Positions 25,736-39,552 of a stretch of 64,000 bases of DNA are shown one piece after another. The notes beneath the pieces were generated by a model. The model was not told where the DNA came from. It was given only the letters and a program-made list of their open reading frames with translations, and ran no database searches. The position numbers and the translations under genes are program-made. The stretch's first letter is position 1. Every line of letters begins with the position of its first letter. Origin of the DNA: Macrostomum lignano. Its lineage: Eukaryota. Where the stretch lies: the NCBI GenBank assembly GCA_002269645.1, contig NIVC01000337.1, positions 248,001 to 312,000 of the forward strand, in the 5' to 3' direction.

Positions 25736-26204
25736 AATCTAATCATGTTTTTCACATGATTCGAGCTCTGCAGCAAACTAATTTTAATTACAGAATGCAG
25801 AGGGCAGTCGTAGGTATGACTTTTAATTACAGAGCCAGGTGGGGCCTGCAGATCCAGAGCCACGCAGGCCAAATGCTAAACTCAGGGGGTCCTCATCTTT
25901 GGTGTCTACGCTGCCGTGCAAAAAGTCCACAAAATTTTGTCTGTAATTACAGTGATTTGCGGCACAAAGCTAATAAAGAGACTTCGCCACCAACTTTGAA
26001 AATATATATTTAGCCTATTGTTACACACCAAATGGCCGGCAGTTCTGCCATCAATGTCACGAGAAGAGGCCTTGGAGCAGCTGGGTCTCTAATTAGGTGA
26101 TAATTGGCCGGCTTAACCAGACAGGTGAAAATCTCCCGGGATGGGGTTGCTATCAAACAGACTAATAGGGATCTGAGGGGCTGAGCAAACAGCTGGAGAA
26201 GCCA

Positions 26205-26805
<601 letters not shown>

Positions 26806-27859
26806 ACTGAGACAGTCAATAACAGACATACAAAACACAAAAGACACAGAAGGGAGTTGCGCGAGCAGTCATCAAAGAGCCCCATAAGGATCCCTATCTA
26901 TTCGCTGAATAAGTCGCTGAACAAACAGCCGTAAGAAGCCGGGCACAATGGCAGTCCTGGCCTCAGCCAGAACTAATCCCGGGAGCAAACCGCACCCCTA
27001 GATGAAGTTACACTCGATCGCCAGTTTTCAATGCGGCGCGTATCCAAACGCGAGCGCGGATCCCTATTGCCTAATCTGCGGAGCAAATACCCAGCAGTCT
27101 AAATACCCCCCCCCAACCAGTCCCGCTGTTTGCTATCGCTGAGCCGGGGCCAGACCGCTCACATCTTGTCTTGCGCCTTTCCTTGCAGCTCGCTTCACTT
27201 CACACCCTCCGACGCGCGGGCACGCAGCTGACCCACACCGACTGCCGCCAAGGATCTGAGGCGTTGCCCCGGCTGCTGGGATCAATTAACAGGCAAGTTG
27301 CCGGCGCAGTCAGAATTCACTGGCCACCGCTGCTGCATCTGACTCACACTGGGAGAGCAGAGGCCCCGCCTCTTAATAGCATTGCTCAGACTCTTTCAGA
27401 CGCTCACAAAGGGGAAACAGAAAGAAACAGGAAGGCTGAAATGAGATAGAGAGAGAGGGAGAGAGAGAGAGAGAGAGACGTGTCATCTGGCGGTGGCAAA
27501 CCTTTGCTTCCATTGAGCCTCTGTGTGCCAGCAAAGAGGCTGGGGCTCCGGCGTGATGAAGCTGATGAGGAGCGAGAGAAGGTAGCGCTTGCGGGAAGGG
27601 AAGTTTTTGGTGGCCATCCAATCTCCCAGCACGCACTGGCGATCGATGTCCGCCTAATCAGGTCGGCTTGTCCTATCGAATTAGGGGGGCCACCCACAGC
27701 TGCGCCCAGCCTCTCCGGCTCCTCATCTCTTCTTCATCTATGCTGCTCTTCATCGCTTTCTGGCAGTTTCTCTCTCGCACTATCGGTTCGACTCCACTGC
27801 CCACTGTGAGACCGCCGCGTGCCCGATGGAATGCGCAACAGGCGGACCAAAACACTGGG

Positions 27860-28720
27860 ACAGGCTCTGAGACAGGCTCTGAGACAGGCTCTGAGACAGG
27901 CTCTGAGACAGGCTCTGAGACAGGCTCTGAGACAGGCTCTGAGACAGGCTCTGAGACAGGCTCTGAGACAGGCTCTGAGACAGGCTCTGAGACAGGCTCT
28001 GAGACAGGCTCTGAGACAGGCTCTGAGACAGGCTCTGAGACAGGCTCTGAGACAGGCTCTGAGACAGGCTCTGAGACAGGCTCTGAGACAGGCTCTGAGA
28101 CAGGCTCTGAGACAGGCTCTGAGACAGGCTCTGAGACAGGCTCTGAGACAGGCTCTGAGACAGGCTCTGAGACAGGCTCTGAGACAGGCTCTGAGACAGG
28201 CTCTGAGACAGGCTCTGAGACAGGCTCTGAGACAGGCTCTGAGACAGGCTCTGAGACAGGCTCTGAGACAGGCTCTGAGACAGGCTCTGAGACAGGCTCT
28301 GAGACAGGCTCTGAGACAGGCTCTGAGACAGGCTCTGAGACAGGCTCTGAGACAGGCTCTGAGACAGGCTCTGAGACAGGCTCTGAGACAGGCTCTGAGA
28401 CAGGCTCTGAGACAGACTTTGAGACAAACACCAGGACAGACACCAGGACAGACACTAGGACAGACACCAGGACAGACACTAGGACAGACACCAGGACAGA
28501 CACTAGGACAGACACCAGGACAGACACTAGGACAGACACCAGGACAGACACTAGGACAGACACTAGGACAGACACTAGGACAGACACTAGGACAGACACC
28601 AGGACAGACACTAGGACAGACACTAGGACAGACACCAGGACAGGCACCAGGACAGACACCAGGACAGACACCAGGACAGACACCAGGACAGACACCAGGA
28701 CAGACACCAGGACAGACACA
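27860..28720. repeat. Compound 12-bp minisatellite: (GAGACAGGCTCT)n then (GGACAGACACYA)n
   Basis: Direct inspection. Confidence 0.95.
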
Positions 28721-29226
28721 GAGTCAGCCGGAAGCAATCCAGTCAGTCAGAGCAGTACAGCTTCGCCCTGAGCACTCAAGAAGATTCGCTCTCCCAGAGC
28801 GAAGAAATCCCAGAGGAGGGAGAAACCAACCCGTGCGATCCCCGTCCCACTTTTCCACTCCATTTGCATGCCGGGGGTGGCTGCTGCATCGTAGATTAAA
28901 AAAACTTTCCCAAATCCCGGATCCCAGATTTGCCTAGAATTGTGGGCCCAGTCGGCTCATCGACCCGAGACAGGCCGACTCGGACTCCGCTCTGCGGCCC
29001 CTCTGCTCACACAGAATTTCTCCTTTGTTTAGGACTGAATACTTTTATATAAATCCAATTGATTCAATTGAATTGGATCAAACTGCCGAATTCATTAATC
29101 TGGCCAGAGGCCATTCCGGTGATCCCTGAGCACGCACCCGGACACGCACGCAGGCACAAGCTCACACAGGCCTCACCTCGTCACGGAATCGAACGCAGGA
29201 CGCTTGTAATTAGGCGCTAAAGTTAG

Positions 29227-29982
29227 ATGCGTCAGCCACTGAGCTGCGCAGACCTCAAGTTCATTCAAGCCTTCATACTCAAAATCTTCAGTAAGCGCCG
29301 CCACTTCACCCCCCAGGTCCCTCAGTAAGCAACCGCCACCTCCCCCCAGGTCCCTCAGTAAGCGCCGCCACCTCCCCCCAGGTCCCTCAGTAAGCAACCG
29401 CCACCTCCCCCCCAGGTCCCTCAGTAAGCAACCGCCACCTCCCCCCAGGTCCCTCAGTAAGCGCCGCCACCTCCCCCCAGGTCCCTCAGTAAGCAACCGC
29501 CACCTCCCCCCCCAGGTCCCTCAGTAAGCGCCGCCACCTCCTCCCAGGTCTCTCAGTAAGCAACCGCCACCTCCCCCCCAGGTCCCTCAGTAAGCGCCGC
29601 CACCTCCCCCCAGGTCCCTCAGTAAGCGCCGCCACCTCCCCCTCAGGTCCCTCAGTAAGCGCCGCCACCTCCCCCTCAGGTCCCTCAGTAAGCGCCGCCA
29701 CCTCCCCCAGGTCCTTCAGCAAGCGCCGCCACCTCTCCCCAGGTCCCTCAGTAAGCGCCGCCACCTCCCCCAGGTCCCTCAGTAAGCGCCGCAGAATGGA
29801 AACAGCTGGTATCTGAAGAGATTCCTCAGCCACCGCAGCAAACAGCATCAAATTCAAAGCAGCAGATTCTCAGACGCAGGTTTTTCACGCCTTTCACTGC
29901 CGTCAGAAAATCGATGGCCCCAGGCAGGGGCTGGCAGGCAAAAGCGCTGCTGCAGTGCCAGCTTCAAGCAACAAGGGGTTAA
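29227..29982 (+). CDS. Putative two-exon fragment of an unknown gene (29227-29290 joined to 29774 or 29795-29982)
   Basis: MRQPLSCADLKFIQAFILKIF, donor A|GTAAGC at 29290/29291, acceptor CCTCCCCCAG at 29773; in-frame continuation SPSVSAAEWKQLVSEEIPQPPQQ... No homology recognised. Confidence 0.35.
29291..29794 (+). repeat. 31-35 bp minisatellite (GTAAGCGCCGCCACCTCCCCCCAGGTCCCTCA)n, about 15 units
   Basis: Each unit contains GTAAGC and a pyrimidine tract followed by CAG. Confidence 0.95.
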
Positions 29983-30489
29983 ACTGGGACACAATTAAAC
30001 TGCTGCACAGGCATCTGAAAGAGCCGGAGGGGCTGCAGTGAAGGAGTTGGAAAAGAAGATGAGAACAAGAATTGGGCAAGAAAAGAGGAGTGCGCGGTTT
30101 TTGGGAGAGCCGGCTTGCTTTGTCTTTGCCTGAGTCTTCTTTGTTGAGCTCCTGCCGGTTCTGCGGATGCTCAGACTGGGATCTGGCGGGCTGCACCATC
30201 CCAGTCAGCTGCAAGTGAGGCAGGGCAAAGGCAAATTGCGTGAAAGGGATAAAGGGGGAATAGTGCAGGGAAAAACTGGCGTGGTAGGATGAGGGAGGGA
30301 GGCAGAGAAGTTAAAGAAGTAGAGAGAAGAGAGGAAAAGAGAAGGAGGGTGAGGGAAGAGAGAAGAGAGAGGGAGAGAAGGGAGAAGGAGAGGAGAGGGA
30401 GGAGAGACAAGGAGTGAGAAGGAGAGATAGGGGTGAAAAGGGGACAGAATTGAGAGAAGGAGAAAGGAAGAGAGGGGTAGAAAAGGGAT

Positions 30490-31390
30490 AGAGAGAGGGA
30501 AGGGAGAGGCCAGAGAGAGGGAAGGGAGAGGCCACAGAGAGGGAAGGGAGAGGCCACAGAGAGGGAAGGGAGAGGCCACAGAGAGGGAAGGGAGAGGCCA
30601 CAGAGAGGGAAGGGAGAGGCCACAGAGAGGGAAGGAGAGGCCAGAGAGAGGGAAGGGAGAGGCCAGAGAGAGGGAAGGGAGAGGCCACAGAGAGGGAAGG
30701 GAGAGGCCACAGAGAGGGAAGGGAGAGGCCACAGAGAGGGAAGGGAGAGGCCACAGAGAGGGAAGGGAGAGGCCACAGAGAGGGAAGGGAGAGGCCACAG
30801 AGAGGGAAGGGAGAGGCCAGAGAGAGGGAAGGGAGAGGCCAGAGAGAGGGAAGGGAGAGGCCACAGAGAGGGAAGGGAGAGGCCACAGAGAGGGAAGGGA
30901 GAGGCCACAGAGAGGGAAGGGAGAGGCCAGAGAGAGGGAAGGGAGAGGCCACAGAGAGGGAAGGGAGAGGCCACAGAGAGGGAAGGGAGAGGCCACAGAG
31001 AGGGAAGGGAGAGGCCACAGAGAGGGAAGGGAGAGGCCAGAGAGAGGGAAGGGAGAGGCCACAGAGAGGGAAGGGAGAGGCCACAGAGAGGGAAGGGAGA
31101 GGCCACAGAGAGGGAAGGGAGAGGCCACAGAGAGGGAAGGGAGAGGCCACAGAGAGGGAAGGGAGAGGCCAGAGAGAGGGAAGGGAGAGGCCAGAGAGAG
31201 GGAAGGGAGAGGCCACAGAGAGGGAAGGGAGAGGCCACAGAGAGGGAAGGGAGAGGCCACAGAGAGGGAAGGGAGAGGCCACAGAGAGGGAAGGGAGAGG
31301 CCAGAGAGAGGGAAGGGAGAGGCCAGAGAGGGAAGGGAGAGGCCACAGAGAGGGAAGGGAGAGGCCAGAGAGGCCAGAGAGGCCAGAGCT
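30490..31390. repeat. 22-bp minisatellite (GAGAGGGAAGGGAGAGGCCACA)n
   Basis: Direct inspection. On the minus strand it begins just after a GTGAG near 31395. Confidence 0.95.
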
Positions 31391-32743
31391 CACAAGTGAT
31401 GAGCATCTACCGACATGTAGCGCAAACGGCTCAGTGCAGGCACTCGCGCATCCCGATGCATTCCAAATATATTGGAAATTAGAAAATTAGAAAGCAGAGA
31501 AGAAAAACTGATGAGGGAATGCAGACAAAATCAGCCCACTGAGGCACTCCAGCCTCTAGAAGGGCTCCGGGCATCATCAGAGAGATTTGTTGTGAGTCCC
31601 CTGTTGTCAGCTCTGCTTGTCCCGGCTGTGCTAGATGAAGCCTGCAGCTAGCCAGAGGCTGAGCGGAAGTGCCCCGGGACCAGTAAGAGTCACTCACGGC
31701 TGCAGTCCAGTCCCATTGTTCTCCAGACTGCAATGCAGTTCTCAACTAGAAAAAAGAGAGATGAAGTGCCGCTCCTCATCGGCCGCTGCGAATCGGGAGC
31801 GAGAAATTTGCTTTCGCATTGCCTGGCTGGACAAAGCAGCAGAGAGTGCTTCTCTCTGATAGTGGCTGACGGTTCACAGAGTCGAGTCACACTTGCCGGA
31901 CTTGCAGTGGAGTCTGGGCGCCCCTCATCTCAGTTTATTGTCTCTAACGGGTAGAAATCTCTGAACAGAAAGCCGGCAGTTTTTACCGCACCGGAGCGGG
32001 GGACAATGGCGGCGGCTGGGGCGGCAGTGAAAGCCGTCAAGGAGCTGCCCGAGGGCCGCTGCCAGGTGAACGCGAGCGAAAGGTGTTGAAAGGTGCGCGT
32101 TTTTTCCCAAAGCAAAAACTCAGCCGCCCCCCACCAGCCTCTCAACATGCCTCATCGCGGCCTCCTGTCCTCTCGTCTGTTCAAACGGGGCTTCCAACTC
32201 GCGGCGGATGCCCCTCGCTTGGACCGGTTTAATTACCCTGACGGCCAGCTTCCTCGTGCGCCTCATCGGGTTCTTCCCCATCGCAGCAGGTGGGCGGGAA
32301 TGGGACGCGCGGTCCCCCCCCCCCAACCCGATGAAAGCGGAGTCCACAACACAGCCAAGCAGAGCCCCAGAGCAACACTGCAGAAGACGTTTCGGGATTT
32401 GCCTGTGGGATCTGGGCAGGGGAAGGAAGCTGGGGATTCCGCGTTGTCGTGGGAAAACTGAGAGAAAAACTAAGCCGGTGGGAGCTGGGCGAGATCGAAG
32501 CGAGGCGACACTGCTTGGTATTGGGCTGGGGAGTTTTTTGGGGCGAATTTCCTGCCAGGTTTGAAGCCACTTGAAGAGCTGCAAGCCCCTCTGCCTCTTC
32601 GCCCCCCGCCGGCTTCCCCGGCACACTTGCCAGGCCGCCAGCCGAGGGGAAGCGACGTGGGGGATCCTTCTGGAGCGTCTCCATGGCGATGGCTGGCCAA
32701 ACACCAAGATAGACATCTACTGGCCACAAGCTGGCCGGGATTA

Positions 32744-33226
<483 letters not shown>

Positions 33227-33733
33227 TCAGAAAGCCGCAAGCGCCGCATCTCCCCGCCAGACACCGGAGCCGCTAACAGGTGGCTCAAAACCGCTCATCT
33301 TTTCCGCCACAGATCGAATTAGGAGGGGGGGAGAATCTTCGGTTTTCTCAGGCTGAGAGGCGGGGGAGAACAGAAGCGGAGCAAGTTTTTGCTGAGTTTC
33401 TTCCGTTTCCTGCACGCGAGGCTCCTCACGGTGAGGCCGGCGGGGCTGGCGGAGTTCGCGTGGCAAGCTAGCAGGTGAGAAGAAGAAGCTGTCGATGGCG
33501 GCAGAGGGGAACAATAGGGACGCCCAGCTGTCAGAAATCCCCACCTATCAGCGGGGGGCGGCGGTGCCTCCTTTGTGCACAGCTCACTTCACCAGCAAGC
33601 GGCAATTTGATGCGACTTCAGCTTCGCAGCACGGAAGACGGAGTGACTGACTGACACTGGGACAGACAGACAGTCAGAAATATGGAAGTTAACACAATCA
33701 GACAGTAATACAGGCCCAGACAGACAGACACTA

Positions 33734-33792
<59 letters not shown>

Positions 33793-33831
33793 TACTAAGA
33801 CAGACAGACACTAAGACAGACAGACACTAAT

Positions 33832-34036
<205 letters not shown>

Positions 34037-34037
34037 A

Positions 34038-34076
<39 letters not shown>

Positions 34077-34077
34077 A

Positions 34078-34114
<37 letters not shown>

Positions 34115-34161
34115 CTAAGACAGACAGACACTAATACAGACAGACAGACAGACAGACAGAC

Positions 34162-34232
<71 letters not shown>

Positions 34233-34919
34233 GCAGCAGAATGCAAGGACAGGGCTGACACGGATCGCGATCCCGCAATCCCGCAAATCCGGAGCCCACT
34301 CAATCCAATACAGTTTTCTTGCCCTCTTCGAAAGCGATCTCGGCCGCTCCTCGGCCGCCGACTCTCGGGTGCTCAATCTCGCATTTCCATTGTGCGCGGT
34401 GGGCTGGACAGAGCCGCACCACAAGCCCCCCCCCCTGAGCACTGAGCTTTCACTCAAGTCTCAGGTTTCGCCCCGGCAGAAATCTGCGCTGAGCTGCCAC
34501 TCCGCAGACACAGAACTGTATTATCGCTCATTTGTCGGGGGTATAGCAGCCCCCCAGCCCCTCTAATATGCTTAGAAATTCTACCCCCCCCCCCTATGAG
34601 TTACTCGAATTTCCCACCAATTTAGTTTGCGAATCGCTGTAGCAGAAACTGAAAATCCCTCGCCCAAATCTCCCACCTGGATGGGAGCTGCGCCCTCAGC
34701 CTGATCCGTGACACGACCTGACAAGTGAAGAGGGCTTTGAGAACGCTGGCATGACTACTCTGTGCTATCATTTATTGACTATTTCTGCTTTGGACTGGAG
34801 CAACCGAATTCGATACGATGGGAGATTTCAATAGTTGTTCACCGTTCAAATGCATCCCATGCTACCCTGTCTTCCCTGTTTGCTATGGATATCTACTCTC
34901 GATTGGGATAGAATAGGGA

Positions 34920-35925
34920 AAGCTAAGAAGCAGGAGGAGAGGAAGGCGAGGAGAAGAGAGTAGAGTAGAGTAAATAGGAGAGTAGAAGAAGTGAGTAGAA
35001 AGAAATGTAGAGAGTAGAGTAGAGAGTAGAGTAGAGACGAGAGTAGAGAGGAGAATAGAGAATAGAGTAGAGAGGAAAGTAGAGACGAGAGTAGAGAGGA
35101 AAGTAGAGACGAGAGTAGAGAGGAGAATAGAGAATAGAGTAGAGAGGAAAGTAGAGACGAGAGTAGAGAGGAGAATAGAGAATAGAGTAGAGAGGAAAGT
35201 AGAGACGAGAGTAGAGGGGAGAATAGAGAATAGAGTAGAGAGGAAAGTAGAGAAGAGAGTAGAGAGGAAAGTATGGAGGAGAGAAGAAAAGAGAGTAGAG
35301 AGAAGAATAGGGAGGAGAGGAGAGAGAAGAGTAGATAGTAGTGTAGGAAGGAGAGTAGAGAGGAGAGTAGAGAGAAGAGTAGATAGTAGAGTAGGGAGGA
35401 GAGGAGAGAGAAGAGTAGAGAAGAGAGTAGAGAGAAGAGTAGATAGTAGAGTAGGGAAGAGAGGAGAGAGGAGAGTAGAGAGGAGAGGAGAGAGGAGAGC
35501 AGAGAGGAAAGCAGAGAGGAGAGTAGAGAGGAGAGTAGAGAGGAGAGTAGAGAGGAGAGTAGAGAGGAGAGCAGAGAGGAGAGCAGAGAGGAGAGCAGAG
35601 AGGAGAGGAGAGCGGAGAGTAGAGAGGAGAGCAGAGAGGAGAGGAGAGCGGAGAGTAGAGAGGAGATCAGAGAGGAGAGTAGAGAGGAGAGTAGAGAGGA
35701 GAGTAGAGAGGAGAGGAGAGCGGAGAGTAGAGAGGAGAGCAGAGAGGAGAGCAGAGAGGAGAGCAGAGAGGAGAGCAGAGAGGAGAGCAGAGAGGAGAGC
35801 AGAGAGGAGAGCAGAGAGGAGAGCAGAGAGGAGAGCAGAGAGGAGAGCAGAGAGGAGAGCAGAGAGGAGAGCAGAGAGGAGAGCAGAGAGGAGAGCAGAG
35901 AGGAGAGCAGAGAGGAGAGTAGAGC
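34920..35925. repeat. Purine-rich 12-bp minisatellite (AGAGGAGAGYAG)n
   Basis: Direct inspection. Confidence 0.9.
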
Positions 35926-36679
35926 GAAAGGCATGGAGATCGGATTGGAGGCTGAGTTTAGAAAGAACAGAACAAAAAGCAGAGGGCCAGACAGAAGCCG
36001 GCGCCCCAGCCAGCAACAAGCTCCGCAGGAGAGCTCTCTCAGAGAAATCTGCGCCAAGCCAGGAAGCTGCGGTCGCTCTTCATCAGCTTGAAGAAGATGT
36101 CAGAGCAGAAGTGGCGCCTCTCTCCAGAAAAAAAGCGCGGCAATGCCAAAAGCAGCACCGGAGCGAAGCAGTTAAAGAAGCAGTTTAAAAAGCTGAGCTT
36201 TGGAGGCCTGGGCGGAGCTGCAGGTTGCACCTGGAAGGCAGCCGGCCGCCTCCCCAGCTGCTCCAGTCCTTCAGCTGGCGGGCCCTGAAGCAAAAATAAA
36301 TGAGCTGAAGAAGCAGCAGAAGTAGAGAGAAAAACAGGCCAATCAACTGCATAATTTATGCCGTGTCAGGTAAAGTTAGTGAGGCTCTAGGGGGAGACCT
36401 GTGCCTGTGTTTGTCTTCGTCCTCCTCACAGACACAACTGTAGCTAGTGGCCACCCCCCAGTCAGCCATCCATATTTCATAACAGTCGGTCGTGTTCGAT
36501 GCGGAGACATGAATACCGCTGCCGCGCAAACACAACTTTGTGGGGAGAATATCGCGGGAAAATTTTCAGGCGCCCATAGCAAAGTTGCTTTTTGACATCC
36601 AGATAGATTCCCGTCTTGATTTCTCACACTCATTTATACTCCCACCTGACAGGTGGCATTGCGGCTGTGGAGTGGAGCT

Positions 36680-36985
36680 CACTACTCGCTACTCATTGCT
36701 CAATTCTCACTACTCAATTCTCACTACTCGCTTCTCATTGCTCATTACTCATTACTTATTACTCATTACTCATTACTCCATTCTAACTACTCGCTACTCA
36801 TTACTCTTTACTCATTACTCAATTCTCTTCACTCTTCACTCATTACTCATTACTCATAACTTATTACTCATTACTCATTGACTCATGACTCTTTACTCAT
36901 AACTTATTACTCATTACTCATTACTCATTACTCAATTCTCACTACTCACTACTCATTACTCATTACTCAATGCTCACTACTCAAA
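36680..36985. repeat. Degenerate heptamer (CTCATTA)n
   Basis: Direct inspection. Confidence 0.85.
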
Positions 36986-37314
36986 CTCGAAGGCGGCCAG
37001 TGCGTAATTAATAGATGAGGAAGCTCGGAGTCTGCCTCTCCCTCCCCTCTTGGCCTCTCATCTCTCAGTCCGGAAGCGCCCCCTGCGCCCCCGACCCCAG
37101 CCGAGGTACCCAGCCGAGGTCACTGCCCTCGGTAGCCTGCAGATCGCGTGACAGCAGCAGCAGGGGGGGGGGCAGTGGCAGCGGGGCCCGCCGCACTCAG
37201 AACTTCGGCCCCTTGATAAATTATAGTTTTTGTAATCCACTTTTCATTTCGAGTCGGAGAGCACGCTAGCGATTCTCTGGGCTGAGCTGAGAGCACTTCT
37301 TCCCAGCAGCGATC

Positions 37315-37690
37315 CACAGATTGTCAGTGATCCCACAGCTAGTCAGTGATCCCACAGATTGTCAGTAATCCCACAGATTGTCAGTGATCCCACAGCTAGT
37401 CAGTGATCCCACAGATTGTCAGTGATCCCACAGATTGTCAGTGATCCCACAGATTGTCAGTGATCCCACAGATTGTCAGTGATCCCACAGCTTGTCAGTG
37501 ATCCCACAGCTAGTCAGTGATCCCACAGACTGTCAGTGATCCCACAGACTGTCAGTGATCCCACAGATTGTCATTGATCCCACAGATTGTCAGTGATCCC
37601 ACAGATTGTCAGATCCCACAGACTGTCAGTGATCCCACAGATTGTCAGTGATCCCACGGATTGTCAGTGATCCCACAGATTGTCAGTGAA
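37315..37690. repeat. 19-bp minisatellite (GTCAGTGATCCCACAGATT)n upstream of the protocadherin acceptor at 37717
   Basis: Direct inspection. Confidence 0.9.
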
Positions 37691-37738
37691 CCCAAACTCT
37701 GATTGCTTCGCTTCCAGAAGCCGCCACAACCGGCAAGG

Positions 37739-39109
37739 ATGCTGCACGCCGGCCCGCTGCTCCCCCTCATCGCTGCCCTGCTGCTCCTGCCGGGCCGCTC
37801 ACTGCAGCTGCAGTCGCCCGCCTTCTCCGTATCCGAGGGCGAGTTGCCGCCCCGTCTCCTTGGCAACCTGGTGACGCAGAGCCGCCTGGACTGGAACTCC
37901 AGCGTTCTGGCCGGCCTGCGCTTCACCGTGATGCGCGGCCCGACCGACCTCTTTGATGTTGCCGACGGCGGCAACCTGTGGCAGAGGGCGCCGCTAGACC
38001 GCGAGGCCTCCTGCGCTGGCTTCGCCGACTGCCATCTGCAGCTGCAGGTCGCCACCTCCTCGCCCTCGGAGCTCTTTATCGTCCATATCACCGTCGTGGA
38101 CATCAACGACAACACGCCGAGCTTCGCCGCGGTGCTCAGTGGCTCCGCCGACGGCTCCTTCTCGCTGAACATCTCGGAGGCGAGTCCGGTTGGCTCGGTG
38201 TTCGAGCTGCCGGCGGCCAGGGACCCGGACTCGCCGCGCCTGTCCGTGCAGACCTACCAGCTGGACGCCGACTCGAACCTCCTCGAGCTGCTGCCAGGCC
38301 GAGCTCCGCCGGCGGTGCGGCTCCTCCGCCAGCTGGACCGCGAGCGCGAGAGCCGCCACGCCTTCGTCCTTCGAGCGGTCGACGGCGGCGTGCCGGCGCT
38401 GACAGGGACGCTCAGCGCCGTTCTTAACGTCATCGACGAGAACGACGAGACTCCTCGGATCGTCAGCGGCTGCGACAACATCAGCAGGAGCGAGGAGCTC
38501 CCAGCCGGCTCCGACCTCGCCCATCTGTCTGGCAGGGACGCCGACGTCGGGCGCAACGCCGAACTGCGCTGGCGGCTGCGCAGCGTCTCGGGGGCCTGCG
38601 CCACCCCAGCTTGCGTCTCCCCGCTGCCTGCCGCGGCGCAGGCGGCCCTGGGCTCAACCTTTCGGGTGGACCCGGTGGACGGCACCCTCAGCCTGCAGCG
38701 CCGCCTCGACTTCGAGGCCTACTCGACCGCCACCCTGGAGGTGGAGGTGTCGGATCTGGGCAGTCCGCCGAGGTCCGCCGCCTGCAGGATGACCGTCACG
38801 GTCATCGACGCCAACGACAACTCCCCGGCGGTGACCGTCAGCGGCTTCGGCCGGGGCAACCCAGTGGAGGTCACTGAAGAATCGCCAGCCGGACAGCCAG
38901 CCGGTTTCGTGTTCGCCGAGGACAAGGACTCCGGAGAGGCCGGCCGAGTCACCTGCGAGTCCCTGACGGCCGGCCTGAAGCTGCTCGAGCCGCAGGTGGC
39001 CGCTGGCTCCGCCTACTATGAGATGCGCACCGCGGCTGTCTTCGATCGCGAGCTGGCGGATCGACTTCTCGGCACCGTCCGCTGCAGGGACTACGGGACG
39101 CCACCGAAG
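37739..39109 (+). CDS. Pcdh: Protocadherin (7 EC repeats), coding exon 1: signal peptide, EC1 to most of EC4
   Basis: MLHAGPLLPLIAALLLL signal peptide; EC1 LDREASCAGFADC (protocadherin C-X5-C); DINDNTP, DENDETP and DANDNSP linkers; donor AAG|GTAGGG, phase 0. Confidence 0.92.
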
Positions 39110-39142
39110 GTAGGGGAGGCTGATCGCTGATCCAAGGCGGCC

Positions 39143-39505
39143 AGAGACCCTGACCCATGAGACCCTGACCAATGAGACCCTGACCCATGAGACCCTGACC
39201 CATGAGACCCTGACCCATGAGACCCTGACCCATGAGACCCTGACCCATGAGACCCTGACCCATGAGACCCTGACCCATGAGACCCTGACCCATGAGACCC
39301 TGACCCATGAGACCCTGACCCATGAGACCCTGACCCATGAGACCCTGACCCATGAGACCCTGACCCATGAGACCCTGACCCATGAGACCCTGACCCATGA
39401 GACCCTGACCCATGAGACCCTGACCCATGAGACCCTGACCCATGAGACCCTGACCCATGAGACCCTGACCCATGAGACCCTGACCCATGAGACCCTATGA
39501 CCCTA
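39143..39505 (+). repeat. 15-bp minisatellite (GAGACCCTGACCCAT)n filling most of the 443-nt intron 39110-39552
   Basis: Direct inspection. Confidence 0.95.
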
Positions 39506-39552
39506 TATCCCACAAATCCCTGATGCCATGCCGCTACGAACCCACCCGCCAG

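Noticed and set aside
29173-29290. Minus-strand exon DFEYEGLNELEV...DSVTR ending at GTGAG near 29177
   Set aside because: Possible, but the plus-strand reading has better codon bias and phase-consistent junctions; no homology supports either.
35460-36190. E/R-rich single-alpha-helix protein (RRAE)n plus downstream ORF
   Set aside because: The frame has stops at 34971 and 34983, there is no start or clear acceptor, and the composition is explained by the purine repeat.
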